Of a stretch of 64,000 bases of DNA, positions 9,112 to 18,526 are shown one piece after another. The notes beneath the pieces are model-generated. The model searched no databases. It was not told the origin of the DNA and was given only the letters and a program-made list of their open reading frames with translations. Source of the DNA: a virus (lineage: Duplodnaviria; Heunggongvirae; Uroviricota; Caudoviricetes). Every line of letters starts with the position of its first letter. Positions within the stretch are counted from its first letter, which is position 1. The DNA is taken from the IMG/VR virus record IMGVR_UViG_3300017987_000047; one strand, written 5' to 3'. Made by a program: the position numbers and the translations under genes.

Positions 9112-10008
9112 TTAAATTTTTTCAAGAAAATTGAGAGCAATTTTCTTAGCGCCAAACGCAGCAAAGGAAACTATTGCTGTGGGGGTCTCCCCCTCTATTA
9201 TTTTCTGAACAAACCCTTCCCCGAATTTGGAATGCCTAACTGGGTCTCCTTCAGAAATAGTTTCTTTAATAGTTTTCTCAATATACTCTGGTTCTATTTC
9301 TGTTCCCCAGTCTAAACCCCTTATAACCCCTTCTACCTCGCTTGCTATGAAGGAGCAGATCTCCTTGGATATCCCAGGATAGTGAACCTCGCCTTTAAGT
9401 TTTGGAAATTTGAAAGGAGCTGGCGCACCAAGGTTAACGCGATTGAATTGCTTTTGAACATTTTCTAAAATTCTCAATGCTTCCTGTTTAAGGGCGAAAC
9501 TTTTTATCTCCGAGTCGATAAATTCAGCAAGTTTTAGGGACAGTTCCCCTACGGGGAATTCATCCGGGTCGTCCCCTATTTCATCTGTTACCTCCGTTAT
9601 TGCATCTCTAACGGCTAGAACAAAGTTAGAAAGAATTTTCATCTCTTTATCTGTAAGAACAGCCCGCTCTATTTTAGTTGTCTGGCTTTTTGTATATTGT
9701 TTACGTGTTTCCCCCCGAACATCAGCTGGCTTTTCATCTAAAAGGATTAAGTTAGTTTCTGTTGGGATTTTTGCAACATTTCTTGCCGTCTGTTTAATCT
9801 CGCTTAGAGTTGCAGCGGGAGTATGTTCAATTGCTGAATGCCCCCCTGTTGCGAAATCGACTACAAAGCTAAAACCTGTTTCGGTTGGCCAGCATCTAAT
9901 GCCTTTTGCTTGTGGCCGGTCATCCCCCCGCTGCCTTCGCTGGGAAGCAAGCTTTTCAATCTCAAGAATAATTCGGTATAACTGTTTAGAAAAAGCTCGT
10001 TTATCCAT
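9112..10008 (-). CDS. hypothetical protein (module 3 of minus-strand gene chain)
   Basis: 298 aa; N-term SKQLYRIILEIEKLASQ helix motif shared with neighbours; start ATG abuts upstream TAA. Confidence 0.5.
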   Translation of the reverse strand: MDKRAFSKQLYRIILEIEKLASQRRQRGDDRPQAKGIRCWPTETGFSFVVDFATGGHSAIEHTPAATLSEIKQTARNVAKIPTETNLILLDEKPADVRGETRKQYTKSQTTKIERAVLTDKEMKILSNFVLAVRDAITEVTDEIGDDPDEFPVGELSLKLAEFIDSEIKSFALKQEALRILENVQKQFNRVNLGAPAPFKFPKLKGEVHYPGISKEICSFIASEVEGVIRGLDWGTEIEPEYIEKTIKETISEGDPVRHSKFGEGFVQKIIEGETPTAIVSFAAFGAKKIALNFLEKI

Positions 10009-10236
10009 TTAAGTCAAGTCCTTTATTTTCTTCTTATACTTTGAGATTCTTTTCTCAAGCATCTTTACCCAGCCCCCGTTATTTGTTGCTTTTGCCCGCT
10101 CCATATGCTTATATGCCGTCTTTTTCTTTTCTCGCCAGTATTTCAATTCTTCTGTCATAGTTTCAAATTTTTTGGCTAACTTTGCTAGCCCATCAGCGAC
10201 TTTATATAATTGAGAAGCATAAGCTTTCTTATTCAT
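10009..10236 (-). CDS. hypothetical protein (module 2)
   Basis: 75 aa; N-term ASQLYKVADGLAKLAKKFE; 8-nt overlap with upstream gene. Confidence 0.4.
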   Translation of the reverse strand: MNKKAYASQLYKVADGLAKLAKKFETMTEELKYWREKKKTAYKHMERAKATNNGGWVKMLEKRISKYKKKIKDLT

Positions 10237-11005
10237 TGTATTTCTTTTCTAAGTCACTAGCAACCCGGTAAAGAAGTTTTGCTAGGTGTGTTTTCTTTTC
10301 TATCCCGTCTTCTTCTGCCTTTGGCTCTGGAGCCTTACTCGGCTTAGGTGGCTGGAATGGATTCCTTTTGGGCTCTCGCTTGGGGGGATCTGTTTTCGGG
10401 TCTGTTTTCGGTTTCGTTGGGGCAGATGGTGCGGGTGATGTTGCAAGTTTTTTCTGAGCTGCCTGTTTATTCTCGGATGTATTTTTTCTTAACATCTCTT
10501 TCATCTCCTCTGGATTATCGATGATTCGACTAATGGTCGTATGCAATTCATCCGGCTCTAGTAAGGCCAAAAACATAATCGCTTCTGCTTTTTCTTTAGG
10601 GTTTGTGGGCAGAACTTTCAAAAGTTTTCGCCACAAGGCAGGTCCAGTATGAAAATGGTAAATCTCGTGTTCTAATTTATCTGCGTACTCATAAACTTTT
10701 GCTAATTCCGTAGGGTTTTCTGGAAGGCCGTGTGCTGTTAAAACTTCCATAACGCCTTTTGATAGTTCCTGTAAAAGGACTGGGAAGATGATCCCATGTG
10801 CCTTAACAATTACTTTCTCCTCGCCGTCCGCTTCCTGCCACTCAATTTCTTCACTGCCCGCTTTTTGTCCTAACTGTGTTGGGTTAGGGAGGGGAATGAA
10901 CCAAACACTATAGGCCATCCCGGCGATATTCTGGTCATATAATTTAAGCAAATTCTCGTCGATTTGCCTTAGCTTCTCCCCTGCCAGATGATGCAATGTT
11001 TTCAT
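10229..11005 (-). CDS. hypothetical protein with Pro/Lys-rich linker (module 1b)
   Basis: 258 aa; PAPSAPTKPKTDPKTDPPKREPKRNPFQPPKPSKAPEPK; C-term LAKLLYRVASDLEKKY. Confidence 0.5.
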   Translation of the reverse strand: MKTLHHLAGEKLRQIDENLLKLYDQNIAGMAYSVWFIPLPNPTQLGQKAGSEEIEWQEADGEEKVIVKAHGIIFPVLLQELSKGVMEVLTAHGLPENPTELAKVYEYADKLEHEIYHFHTGPALWRKLLKVLPTNPKEKAEAIMFLALLEPDELHTTISRIIDNPEEMKEMLRKNTSENKQAAQKKLATSPAPSAPTKPKTDPKTDPPKREPKRNPFQPPKPSKAPEPKAEEDGIEKKTHLAKLLYRVASDLEKKYNE

Positions 11006-11149
11006 CGCATTAATCGCAGAGCCCTGTGTTAGATTATTTAAGGTGATTCGTTTATCAATAAGCTTTTTGATATTTTCGGGGATCTCTCCTTCGAAAATTT
11101 TGTCTGCATCAAAATCAATTTCATCAGCACGCTGATCTGCTCCTTGTAC

Positions 11150-11467
11150 TCACCCACCTCCTGGGCCTAAGCATGCTTGAAATTCTATTTCATCTGTTAT
11201 TCCCCATAATTCTTTTGTAATTTGGATTGCTAAATCCTCAAGTTTCTTTCTATGCGGGGTTTCTATCTCAATTGCTTGTGGGACTAACGGCATCAAACTT
11301 GATGGGTTAAATTGAGTATGGCCATGAACTTTTTCGTGGTGAGCCTTTGCGTGCTCAAACTCCCCTTCTTCCCCGACAGCTAAATCCTCTCCATGGATCC
11401 TGAAAATAGGATGTTTCTTAAAAGGATGCGTTGCGTCTTCATATGTTCTTTTTACGCTGGGGTGCAT
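11150..11467 (-). CDS. hypothetical protein (module 1a); same reading frame as 10229..11005, separated by one in-frame TGA
   Basis: Ends ...ACLGPGGG-TGA; frame continues VQGADQRADEIDFDADKIFEGEIPENIKKLIDKRITLNNLTQGSAINAMKTLHH without stops. Confidence 0.45.
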   Translation of the reverse strand: MHPSVKRTYEDATHPFKKHPIFRIHGEDLAVGEEGEFEHAKAHHEKVHGHTQFNPSSLMPLVPQAIEIETPHRKKLEDLAIQITKELWGITDEIEFQACLGPGGG

Positions 11468-11542
11468 TTTTTATTCCTATACCAATAGCAAAGTTAAAGT
11501 AAGCTTATAAATTGAAAATCTATTAACGGATTATTTCAATTA

Positions 11543-11560
11543 GGCAATTTTAAAATTGCC
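11543..11560. promoter_or_regulatory. perfect 18-bp palindrome GGCAATTTTAAAATTGCC in divergent intergenic region
   Basis: Between minus operon start (11467) and plus gene 11784. Confidence 0.4.
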
Positions 11561-11783
11561 CCTTATATTTGTTTTAATTTTACACTAGTTGTAGCCCTTT
11601 TTGTACCTATAACAAATAGTTTAGGGTAGCCCTGGCCCCAAACCAAATTGATTCCCAAGCTAATTAAAAACAATAGGTTGTGAAAAAATAAACTCTAACG
11701 TTAAACAAAGGGAAGTCGTTATATTTTAAATAGGAAGCCCACCAGGGGTAGCTGTTCTTTTAGGCCGAAACCGGGGATAAACC

Positions 11784-11999
11784 ATGCAAGTCACTGTTAA
11801 CGTTAACGAAGAACGTGGGGGGGTTGAACTTGTTTTCGATACGAAGCCTGGCAAAGCGGTGCGGAAAGCTCTGCTGGATGAAAACTTCCGATGGCACCCC
11901 AAGAAAAAGCTCTGGTACATCAAGCAAAGCTACCTCGAGCGAGATATCAGCGACATTGTCGAGGACCTACATCAAATCGCGGAGGACGCAACCGATTAA
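11784..11999 (+). CDS. hypothetical protein
   Basis: 71 aa ORF followed by terminator. Confidence 0.45.
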   Translation: MQVTVNVNEERGGVELVFDTKPGKAVRKALLDENFRWHPKKKLWYIKQSYLERDISDIVEDLHQIAEDATD

Positions 12000-12020
12000 C
12001 CAAAAAATAAGAACAAAAAG

Positions 12021-12051
12021 AAAAGGGCGCTTTCCAGCGCCCTTTTCTTTT
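12021..12051. terminator. bidirectional rho-independent terminator
   Basis: AAAA-GGGCGCT-ttcc-AGCGCCC-TTTTCTTTT. Confidence 0.6.
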
Positions 12052-12069
12052 ACGTAAAAATCTATAGGG

Positions 12070-12345
12070 TCATGAATTATCTTCGATGAATTCGTCTAAA
12101 GCCTCTTCAATATCCTTACCCCCATCGGAATATTCTTTGGAAGCTTTCGCAAACTCTTCTGGGTAGTTTTCAGAAAGCCATTGCATTATCTCATTTACCG
12201 GAAGTTGTGGGGGTTGGGAGTTTGGTTTTAAAAGTTCCCGGAGAAGTTTTGCAGCTTCAACCTTAATTTCTTCTCTACAACAAGTTCCTTCTGTTGCATA
12301 GCCCATTAACCTTCTTAAAATAATGGATGTCTCGTTACAATGCAT
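12070..12345 (-). CDS. hypothetical protein
   Basis: 91 aa ORF. Confidence 0.45.
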   Translation of the reverse strand: MHCNETSIILRRLMGYATEGTCCREEIKVEAAKLLRELLKPNSQPPQLPVNEIMQWLSENYPEEFAKASKEYSDGGKDIEEALDEFIEDNS

Positions 12346-12430
12346 TTTTTTAACCTTTCAATTTAATAAGATAATCTTATGCTATTTATACGAATCTCTC
12401 ATATACTGAAGGCAAAAAGAAAAGAAAAAG

Positions 12431-12943
12431 TTAATCTTTTTCTGGGACCCAATAGATAAATTCCCCATTCTCATTGCAGGTCATCTCTAAGTAGTTAAGT
12501 TGCGTCCAAACCTTAATTGCTTTATTTGTGAAAATCTTCGCCGCATAATCTGGGAGATGTAACTTTTCTTGGGCTACCCGCACCATATCGTTAAAGGTGA
12601 AGGAGTCTCTCGACACTAGGTCTTGGACAACCCCAAACTCTGGAGCTTTTTGGATCGATTCTTCTAAAACTCTTCCTCTTAGATTAAAGAAACCCCGCAT
12701 AAGATTAAAGTAATATTCTCGAACATCCTCAGGAAGGTTATGTACGTTTTCAATAGACACTTCATAAATCTTAATCTCTGCTTCTTTTATACTCTGCCCA
12801 TAAAGATTCTCTGCCATCTCTAAGATTTCTGTATCTTGAGGCAGCTTAACCTTTACGAAATGGAACAAGATTTTTTTGGGAAGTCGTTTTTCGGTTTCCT
12901 CCGGGGTACTCCACTGAATATTTGATATCTTTGCTATGATCAT
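12431..12943 (-). CDS. hypothetical protein
   Basis: 170 aa ORF. Confidence 0.5.
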   Translation of the reverse strand: MIIAKISNIQWSTPEETEKRLPKKILFHFVKVKLPQDTEILEMAENLYGQSIKEAEIKIYEVSIENVHNLPEDVREYYFNLMRGFFNLRGRVLEESIQKAPEFGVVQDLVSRDSFTFNDMVRVAQEKLHLPDYAAKIFTNKAIKVWTQLNYLEMTCNENGEFIYWVPEKD

Positions 12944-12972
12944 CTATCTTTGTCCTTCGTTCCCTAGTAGGA

Positions 12973-13239
12973 TTATAAAACATAATCCGCATAGTATGCT
13001 TCAAAATCCTTTTTGATTCGGAGAAAGCAAGCCTCACAGATTACCGGATATCGTTCTCCGTCAACATTTAGGGTTTCATCGTCGCTACCAACATCAGGTT
13101 GGTCTAGTACTTCCCCCAACAGATTCTCAGGGTCCTCAATTTCAGCTAACCAAGCTCTAAAGCTTTCTATAATTTCAAGTGCGATGATTCCATTAAGTCT
13201 CTTTTCACAGCTTGGGCATTGTTTCAAAACATCAACCAT
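12973..13239 (-). CDS. hypothetical zinc-ribbon protein
   Basis: CPSCEKRLN ... CEAC. Confidence 0.45.
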   Translation of the reverse strand: MVDVLKQCPSCEKRLNGIIALEIIESFRAWLAEIEDPENLLGEVLDQPDVGSDDETLNVDGERYPVICEACFLRIKKDFEAYYADYVL

Positions 13240-13303
13240 GATTACACCTCAACGTTTTTGGTTTTCCAAGTTATAATACTATATATAATTGAACTAAAAG
13301 GTA

Positions 13304-13507
13304 CTACGAATGTCCTTTGTTTTTTGACATTGATGAAAAATCTCCACACCAATCATTCTTTGATGTTTCGGGCCACCTCGCCTTTAGTGGTTGGCCGTCG
13401 CAATAATCCGGGGCGGGGGACTTAACTCTGCATAAACCAACTTCAGTTCCCGCCGGACCCTGCCTATCCCAAAACTTACAATTGTAACAAGTATCCCTTC
13501 TTCTCAT
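13304..13507 (-). CDS. hypothetical Cys-rich small protein
   Basis: CYNCKFW...GLCRV...YCDG...WCGDF. Confidence 0.4.
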   Translation of the reverse strand: MRRRDTCYNCKFWDRQGPAGTEVGLCRVKSPAPDYCDGQPLKARWPETSKNDWCGDFSSMSKNKGHS

Positions 13508-13870
13508 CCTAAAACTCCCTCTAACCTTAAAAAAGCGATTTCAAAGTTCTGTTTGATACATATTTTTAACTCTTCGATCCTATCTTTTTCCCCTAAAACG
13601 TAGATGACGTTTGTTGTCCGCCTTCTCTGGAAAAAACCGTGCTTTTTTGATTGGAGCACCCCATTTTTAAAGTTTCCGAAAAAGACTTAGAGAAAATCTG
13701 ACGTAGATTCAAAATCTAAATATGTAAACTAAACGATCTAAAAACAATCTTTTATCTTATTTATACAGATGCTTTTCGGACTATATACAAAAGTTTTAAT
13801 TGTTGCCCTCGTTTACTTTTGATGGCATGCTATGATAGGTTTCGTAAGTTTGGATAAGTTTTTGATCGGT

Positions 13871-14170
13871 CTAAAAAATTTTATTCATATAGCCCTTGGC
13901 AAAATTCCGAACGGTTTTATTTTCATGGGTAAGGAGGGATTCTGCCCGTACCTCTTTATAATCATAAGCTTTAAGGGAGGAACCATTAGAGAGGGTCACA
14001 AGATTATAGAAGAATTGATAAAATTCAGAACCCCTAACTAGGATATCGAAAAAATAGGATTTTTCATTGAAAGTATAGGTTACGTAAACTCGTTCGTCCT
14101 TAACGAAAGAAAAGACAACAAGAAAAAACGAGGTCTGGTTTCCTCTGCTTTGATATAGTTGCGAGTACAT
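13871..14170 (-). CDS. LTH-tail family protein (LLTHENKTVRNFAKGYMNKIF)
   Basis: 99 aa, C-terminal motif. Confidence 0.55.
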   Translation of the reverse strand: MYSQLYQSRGNQTSFFLVVFSFVKDERVYVTYTFNEKSYFFDILVRGSEFYQFFYNLVTLSNGSSLKAYDYKEVRAESLLTHENKTVRNFAKGYMNKIF

Positions 14171-14198
14171 TCTTATTTTTTGCTTTCAAGATGTAAAA

Positions 14199-14228
14199 TA
14201 CACCGGTGTAAATCTATACACCGGTGTA
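14199..14228. promoter_or_regulatory. two copies of 12-bp palindrome TACACCGGTGTA, 18 bp apart
   Basis: 14199-14210 and 14217-14228 between two minus-strand family genes. Confidence 0.4.
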
Positions 14229-14236
14229 TTTTAGGG

Positions 14237-14704
14237 TCATTCCTGGTATTCCCGCACAAAATCCCGAACAGCTTTATTTTCGTGCGTTAAAAGACTTTGA
14301 ATATTTGGAGCTTCGATTTTTTCACGTTCTATAACCTTGAAAACAATCTGTTCCTTTACGAGAAACGGTTTTCCTTTATGTTCTGCAACAAATTGTAGGT
14401 GAGCCTGGGCGGAAGGGGGGTGCCCAAAAAGCTTCTCGTAAAAAGTAACGGGGGGCTTAAGAGCAAGTTTATCAAAGGTAAAGTATAGAATTTTTGTTAC
14501 GTTAGCATATCTCTGTGTTACTAATTTTGTAAGCACTATATAGGCTAATTGTTCCTTTGTAACAGAGTCAGAATCCGTTTCTAAAAGATAAGATTGTTTT
14601 TCTCTCCGGGGCGAATCAAAGCCCCCTAGCTTTTCCTGGGAGTTTCCTTCCTGGTCATTTCTTGAAAAAGTTGTAACCCTAACTATAACCTGAAAGTATG
14701 TCAT
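14237..14704 (-). CDS. LTH-tail family protein (LLTHENKAVRDFVREYQE)
   Basis: 155 aa, C-terminal motif. Confidence 0.55.
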   Translation of the reverse strand: MTYFQVIVRVTTFSRNDQEGNSQEKLGGFDSPRREKQSYLLETDSDSVTKEQLAYIVLTKLVTQRYANVTKILYFTFDKLALKPPVTFYEKLFGHPPSAQAHLQFVAEHKGKPFLVKEQIVFKVIEREKIEAPNIQSLLTHENKAVRDFVREYQE

Positions 14705-14855
14705 GCATTTTCTCCGTTATATAAGATAAGGGTTATCTAAAATCTCCCTTAACAATTATACAAACCGCAAAAAAGAAATCCAGAGACGAACGAAAACAAA
14801 ATCATATCTTAAATTATGGTTAAATCGATGTATAATCTAGAAAAGGATAAATACC

Positions 14856-15251
14856 ATGCTAAACAAAACTGAACTTGAAGATGCTTTCGCACACTCATCA
14901 ACCTTAATCTTAGAGCCCAATGCTGATAGTCTTAAAGCCGTGCAACAGCTTGCTGACGCATTAAATGTTGATTTTGATTTTGATGAGGAAACTGGAGGTT
15001 TAATAGTTGTTGAAGCTCTTGATATGATAGATTCTATAGACGAATTAGAGCTCGCAGTAAATTGTATTAACCCTTATATTTTGAAAGAGGGATACATTTC
15101 ATTAATAAACGGGGCTACCTTCGCTGCAGTTATTTATTTCATTCCGGGAGAGACCCCACAATTAATTACTCCTTGCTCTGTTAAAGCAAAGTTTGAAGCG
15201 CCCAATGGAAAACTGGAAGTAAGTCTATACGACGAACAAGATGATGTTTAA
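14856..15251 (+). CDS. hypothetical acidic protein
   Basis: 131 aa. Confidence 0.45.
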   Translation: MLNKTELEDAFAHSSTLILEPNADSLKAVQQLADALNVDFDFDEETGGLIVVEALDMIDSIDELELAVNCINPYILKEGYISLINGATFAAVIYFIPGETPQLITPCSVKAKFEAPNGKLEVSLYDEQDDV

Positions 15252-15708
15252 CCTTGAAAACGTCTATATCTTCGAAGAGGTTAAGGGAAGGCTTCAAAAG
15301 AATGTGAAGTTTTTCATGGGACTGGAGGACGAAGAACTCTACTATGATTCCTTAGTTGATTTTTCCCGGAGTTGGAATCTTGATTTTTCTTGTTTCTTAG
15401 TTAAAAATAAACAAGAATATGCCGAACTCATACAAATCTTTTCCAAGATTAAGACGTTAACAAGGGGGGAAAGTTTTATTTGTACGAGGGTTTATCCGGA
15501 ACCTTTTCCTTTATTTTTCTTTATACGTGACTTTGAAGAGGATGACGTAATAGTCCGAGAAAAGTCGGTACCTAAGATTTTAAGCGAGACCGCACTGTTA
15601 CTTAAAGCAATCCAGGATAGCGATGTGTGTATGAAAGAATACCTTACCCATGAAGATCCCTCAACCCGATCAGCAGCGAAATACCATATAGACTTACGCA
15701 AATCCTAA
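15241..15708 (+). CDS. LTH-tail family protein (YLTHEDPSTRSAAKYHIDLRKS)
   Basis: 155 aa, C-terminal motif. Confidence 0.55.
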   Translation: MMFNLENVYIFEEVKGRLQKNVKFFMGLEDEELYYDSLVDFSRSWNLDFSCFLVKNKQEYAELIQIFSKIKTLTRGESFICTRVYPEPFPLFFFIRDFEEDDVIVREKSVPKILSETALLLKAIQDSDVCMKEYLTHEDPSTRSAAKYHIDLRKS

Positions 15709-15716
15709 AAAAACCC

Positions 15717-15735
15717 TAATATATATAAGGTAGGC
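15717..15735 (+). promoter_or_regulatory. conserved promoter-like motif TAATATATATAAGGTAGGC
   Basis: One of at least 5 near-identical intergenic copies, ~45 nt upstream of ATG 15784. Confidence 0.45.
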
Positions 15736-15783
15736 GCACCAAAGGGTGGCTTGAAAAATGCTGTCTCTAAAAAAGGGGAAAGT

Positions 15784-16305
15784 ATGAGTCTTGTGTCTTA
15801 CCTAGTACAACGGTGTAGCTCGTATAATCTTGATGCTCTTGCGGAGAAAAAAACCCTCTTAGCAATAGAGGAAAGCCGCACTCCTACAATTTACGAGCTA
15901 CTGGCTTTCGACTATATGGGTTCTTCCGAGTTTGAGTGGGGGGCAATTCCTAAAGCTGTCAGGACCTTAGAATCCCAAAAAGATTTCGCTATCAAACAAA
16001 TCCCGGAGTTAAAGAATTTCGCAGGAGATCCTGTTTTTGTTTACTGCTCCTCCCAACACTTTGACGAGATTATTGAATTTATCGAATCTCTCTCAAAGAT
16101 GGACTACAGGCTAAAGGAACCCACCTACTTCGATCACTATTTCGCTGGCCTAAGGAAATGGCATCGAATTGACTTTTGGTTTGCGATAGACGGTGTCGGC
16201 GGGGGTTTCGTTTGGTCCTTTGACGAAAGCCTTTTACAAGAATTTGTTAAGGGCCTTCCTGCCACGATCTCTTACCTAAACGCAAAGAAAGCCGCCGGGA
16301 AATAA
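15784..16305 (+). CDS. hypothetical protein
   Basis: ATG 15784 with GGGGAA upstream. Confidence 0.5.
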   Translation: MSLVSYLVQRCSSYNLDALAEKKTLLAIEESRTPTIYELLAFDYMGSSEFEWGAIPKAVRTLESQKDFAIKQIPELKNFAGDPVFVYCSSQHFDEIIEFIESLSKMDYRLKEPTYFDHYFAGLRKWHRIDFWFAIDGVGGGFVWSFDESLLQEFVKGLPATISYLNAKKAAGK

Positions 16306-16309
16306 AACA

Positions 16310-16600
16310 ATGCCGATGTTCCAAAAAGACCAGTATCTAACCCTTCTCACTCCTAACGACGAGATTCTTGAACAAATCTCTTTCCAAGGTACCCTTTCAA
16401 CCCCGGACCTTCTCTCGCTAAGAGGGATGTTCAGAAGAGCCTTCCCTGAAATGCCCGAGTTCCGGCTTAAGATTCTTACGTCCGGCGAAACCCGGCGATA
16501 CCTTGATGAGGGCGAACGAAAAAAAATGCATGAAAGGCAAGAAGCGGAACGCTCCAGAATGCGGGAAGAAATTAAGAAGAGGCGTAAAGAACAAGACTAA
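16310..16600 (+). CDS. hypothetical protein, charged C-terminus
   Basis: 96 aa. Confidence 0.45.
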   Translation: MPMFQKDQYLTLLTPNDEILEQISFQGTLSTPDLLSLRGMFRRAFPEMPEFRLKILTSGETRRYLDEGERKKMHERQEAERSRMREEIKKRRKEQD

Positions 16601-16633
16601 CACCCCAATTTCTCTCCAAAATAGAAAAGAACA

Positions 16634-17527
16634 ATGGATCTAACCTCTGACATGCTGATACGTGGGCTGACCCTTGCTTCCACTATTATAGAAAATGGGG
16701 AGAAGCTTCCAAGCGAATGCCTTGAAACAGCTTTCATCTTGGAATTCACAGACGCAGAAACTGCTAAAGAATTCATTGGGAAAGACCCCACAAAAATCGA
16801 AGACTTTGTTGTCCGCCTTGTAACTCGGGCCTGTAAGACCTATAACCTTTTTGATCGGGTCCGCGCTTTTGATCCCCTAAAACTCAGCGAGGAACTTGCT
16901 CAAGACGAAGCCGATGTTAACATACTAGGATTAGGTTTCGTTATGCTCAAAAGCCGCACTATGAAACAAATTATGGATGATCGAAACGACTCGGAATTTG
17001 GGTGTTCGGTTGGGAAATATCTAGGCATTCTCGAAGACCTTAAATTCGAGCTTGTTATGGAACTCCCCATTAAAGATAAGGATAAGTTTTACGTCTTCTA
17101 CCGCCCAGATGGGCTTCTCCTTCGCTTTGATACATACCAAGGTAAAAGCGTCAACAGCGCAACGGTTTATTATAATTGGAAGCCGAATCCAGGATATTGG
17201 GACCAAAAGCTTTACTGCCCTACTGGAAGTGGGGGCTGGGAACATCCGGACGATAAGAAACCTGAAGACCTGCGTATAGAGCGGCGAAGGGAAGAACTTA
17301 TCCGGGTTGGGTCCTTCGATGCCCGTGAAGGTATTCGCGGAACAATCCAAGAGCTTGAAAAGCATGGGAGGTTTCTTGCGAAATGGATAAAGCACCCTTC
17401 GCTGTGGCTTTGCCACTATGGGGACACGGAAAAGAAGCCACACAATTATACTTATTACGACGAAGTAAAGGAAACGCGGAAAAAGATGTTACCCCAACGC
17501 GTTCAAGAGATGATTGGGGACGATTAA
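16634..17527 (+). CDS. hypothetical protein
   Basis: 297 aa. Confidence 0.5.
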   Translation: MDLTSDMLIRGLTLASTIIENGEKLPSECLETAFILEFTDAETAKEFIGKDPTKIEDFVVRLVTRACKTYNLFDRVRAFDPLKLSEELAQDEADVNILGLGFVMLKSRTMKQIMDDRNDSEFGCSVGKYLGILEDLKFELVMELPIKDKDKFYVFYRPDGLLLRFDTYQGKSVNSATVYYNWKPNPGYWDQKLYCPTGSGGWEHPDDKKPEDLRIERRREELIRVGSFDAREGIRGTIQELEKHGRFLAKWIKHPSLWLCHYGDTEKKPHNYTYYDEVKETRKKMLPQRVQEMIGDD

Positions 17528-17557
17528 AAGCCTCTATCAAAAATCAATAAGAAACTC

Positions 17558-17577
17558 CCAATATATATAAGGTAGGC
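17558..17577 (+). promoter_or_regulatory. conserved promoter-like motif CCCAATATATATAAGGTAGGC
   Basis: Identical core to 15717..15735; 20 nt upstream of ATG 17598. Confidence 0.45.
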
Positions 17578-17597
17578 AGACACCTGGAGAAGGATCT

Positions 17598-18044
17598 ATG
17601 CTTCCCAAACACGTAGAAGACGCAATCTATCGCTGGACTGAAAATAGGGATGTTCGCTATAAGTGGGAACAATCCTACCTCCAAGCCGATCGGCTTGGGC
17701 GTGCCCGAATCACTTATATTCTTAATCGAGTTTCCCTCCCCACCTTCTTTGATTTCTACTACAAAGGGGAATTGCGGGAATTAATCCTGATTAAGGTATT
17801 TGCCGAACATGGCAATGTTTATCTTTGCGGTTTGGACGGAAATAAAAATGGGGAATGGCGTAAATTCAGGTTAGACCGGATTTCTCGGCTCCCCAAGATT
17901 TATACGATACAAGAGTCCTGGGCGCAAGAAATTCGACGTCGAAAATTACGAAGGGATCAAGTAGACCCTTCATTCCTGCCGAGGGAAGTTGATATTAACG
18001 CGCTTCCTTTTGTTTCTGAGATAGGAGAAAGCCAATGTTCGTAA
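17598..18044 (+). CDS. hypothetical protein
   Basis: 148 aa. Confidence 0.5.
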   Translation: MLPKHVEDAIYRWTENRDVRYKWEQSYLQADRLGRARITYILNRVSLPTFFDFYYKGELRELILIKVFAEHGNVYLCGLDGNKNGEWRKFRLDRISRLPKIYTIQESWAQEIRRRKLRRDQVDPSFLPREVDINALPFVSEIGESQCS

Positions 18045-18526
18045 GACCACGTGAAGAAACACTTCAAAATCTTCGGAAAATGCAACAGGCGGCTTGTGTT
18101 TACAACAACACTCCCTGTGATTGTAAATATGGCGCATCTGGGGGGGAACAAACCGGCTGTCCGGAATTGCGTACAGCTATCCTGCTGCTGGAAAACATGA
18201 GCGACGAACAGTACGCTGAGTTGACCAGTAGCCGCCGAGAACAACCCAAACTGACATTGCCCCAACTCTATACCCTTAAATGCACCTGTTCTTGTCCGAG
18301 GGCGGTTCATGCCCATGTTGGGTGTATGGGGATGGGCTGTAATTGCCAACATGGCATTCCAGCAGTGAAAGAGCATTTGCTTCTCGGGTTCTCAGAAGAA
18401 GAGATTGAACCGTGGGACAAGAAAAAATTTGGGGACGGTTGGAAAGCTGACAACCCTGAAATGTCTGCGGAAGAATGGGCCCGGAAAGAATTCGCAGAAC
18501 TCAAAAAACTATTAAAAGATGGTTAA
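18035..18526 (+). CDS. hypothetical Cys-rich protein
   Basis: CDCKYG...CTCSCPRAVHAHVGCMGMGCNCQHG. Confidence 0.45.
   Translation: MFVRPREETLQNLRKMQQAACVYNNTPCDCKYGASGGEQTGCPELRTAILLLENMSDEQYAELTSSRREQPKLTLPQLYTLKCTCSCPRAVHAHVGCMGMGCNCQHGIPAVKEHLLLGFSEEEIEPWDKKKFGDGWKADNPEMSAEEWARKEFAELKKLLKDG

Noticed and set aside
11150-11152. Alternative genetic code with UGA=Gly (table 25), suggested by GPGGG-TGA-VQG
   Set aside because: TGA is used as a stop in many well-delimited genes, including 4-nt ATGA overlaps at 34511, 48911 and 52259. Standard-code ORFs tile the window cleanly, so global UGA reassignment is unlikely.
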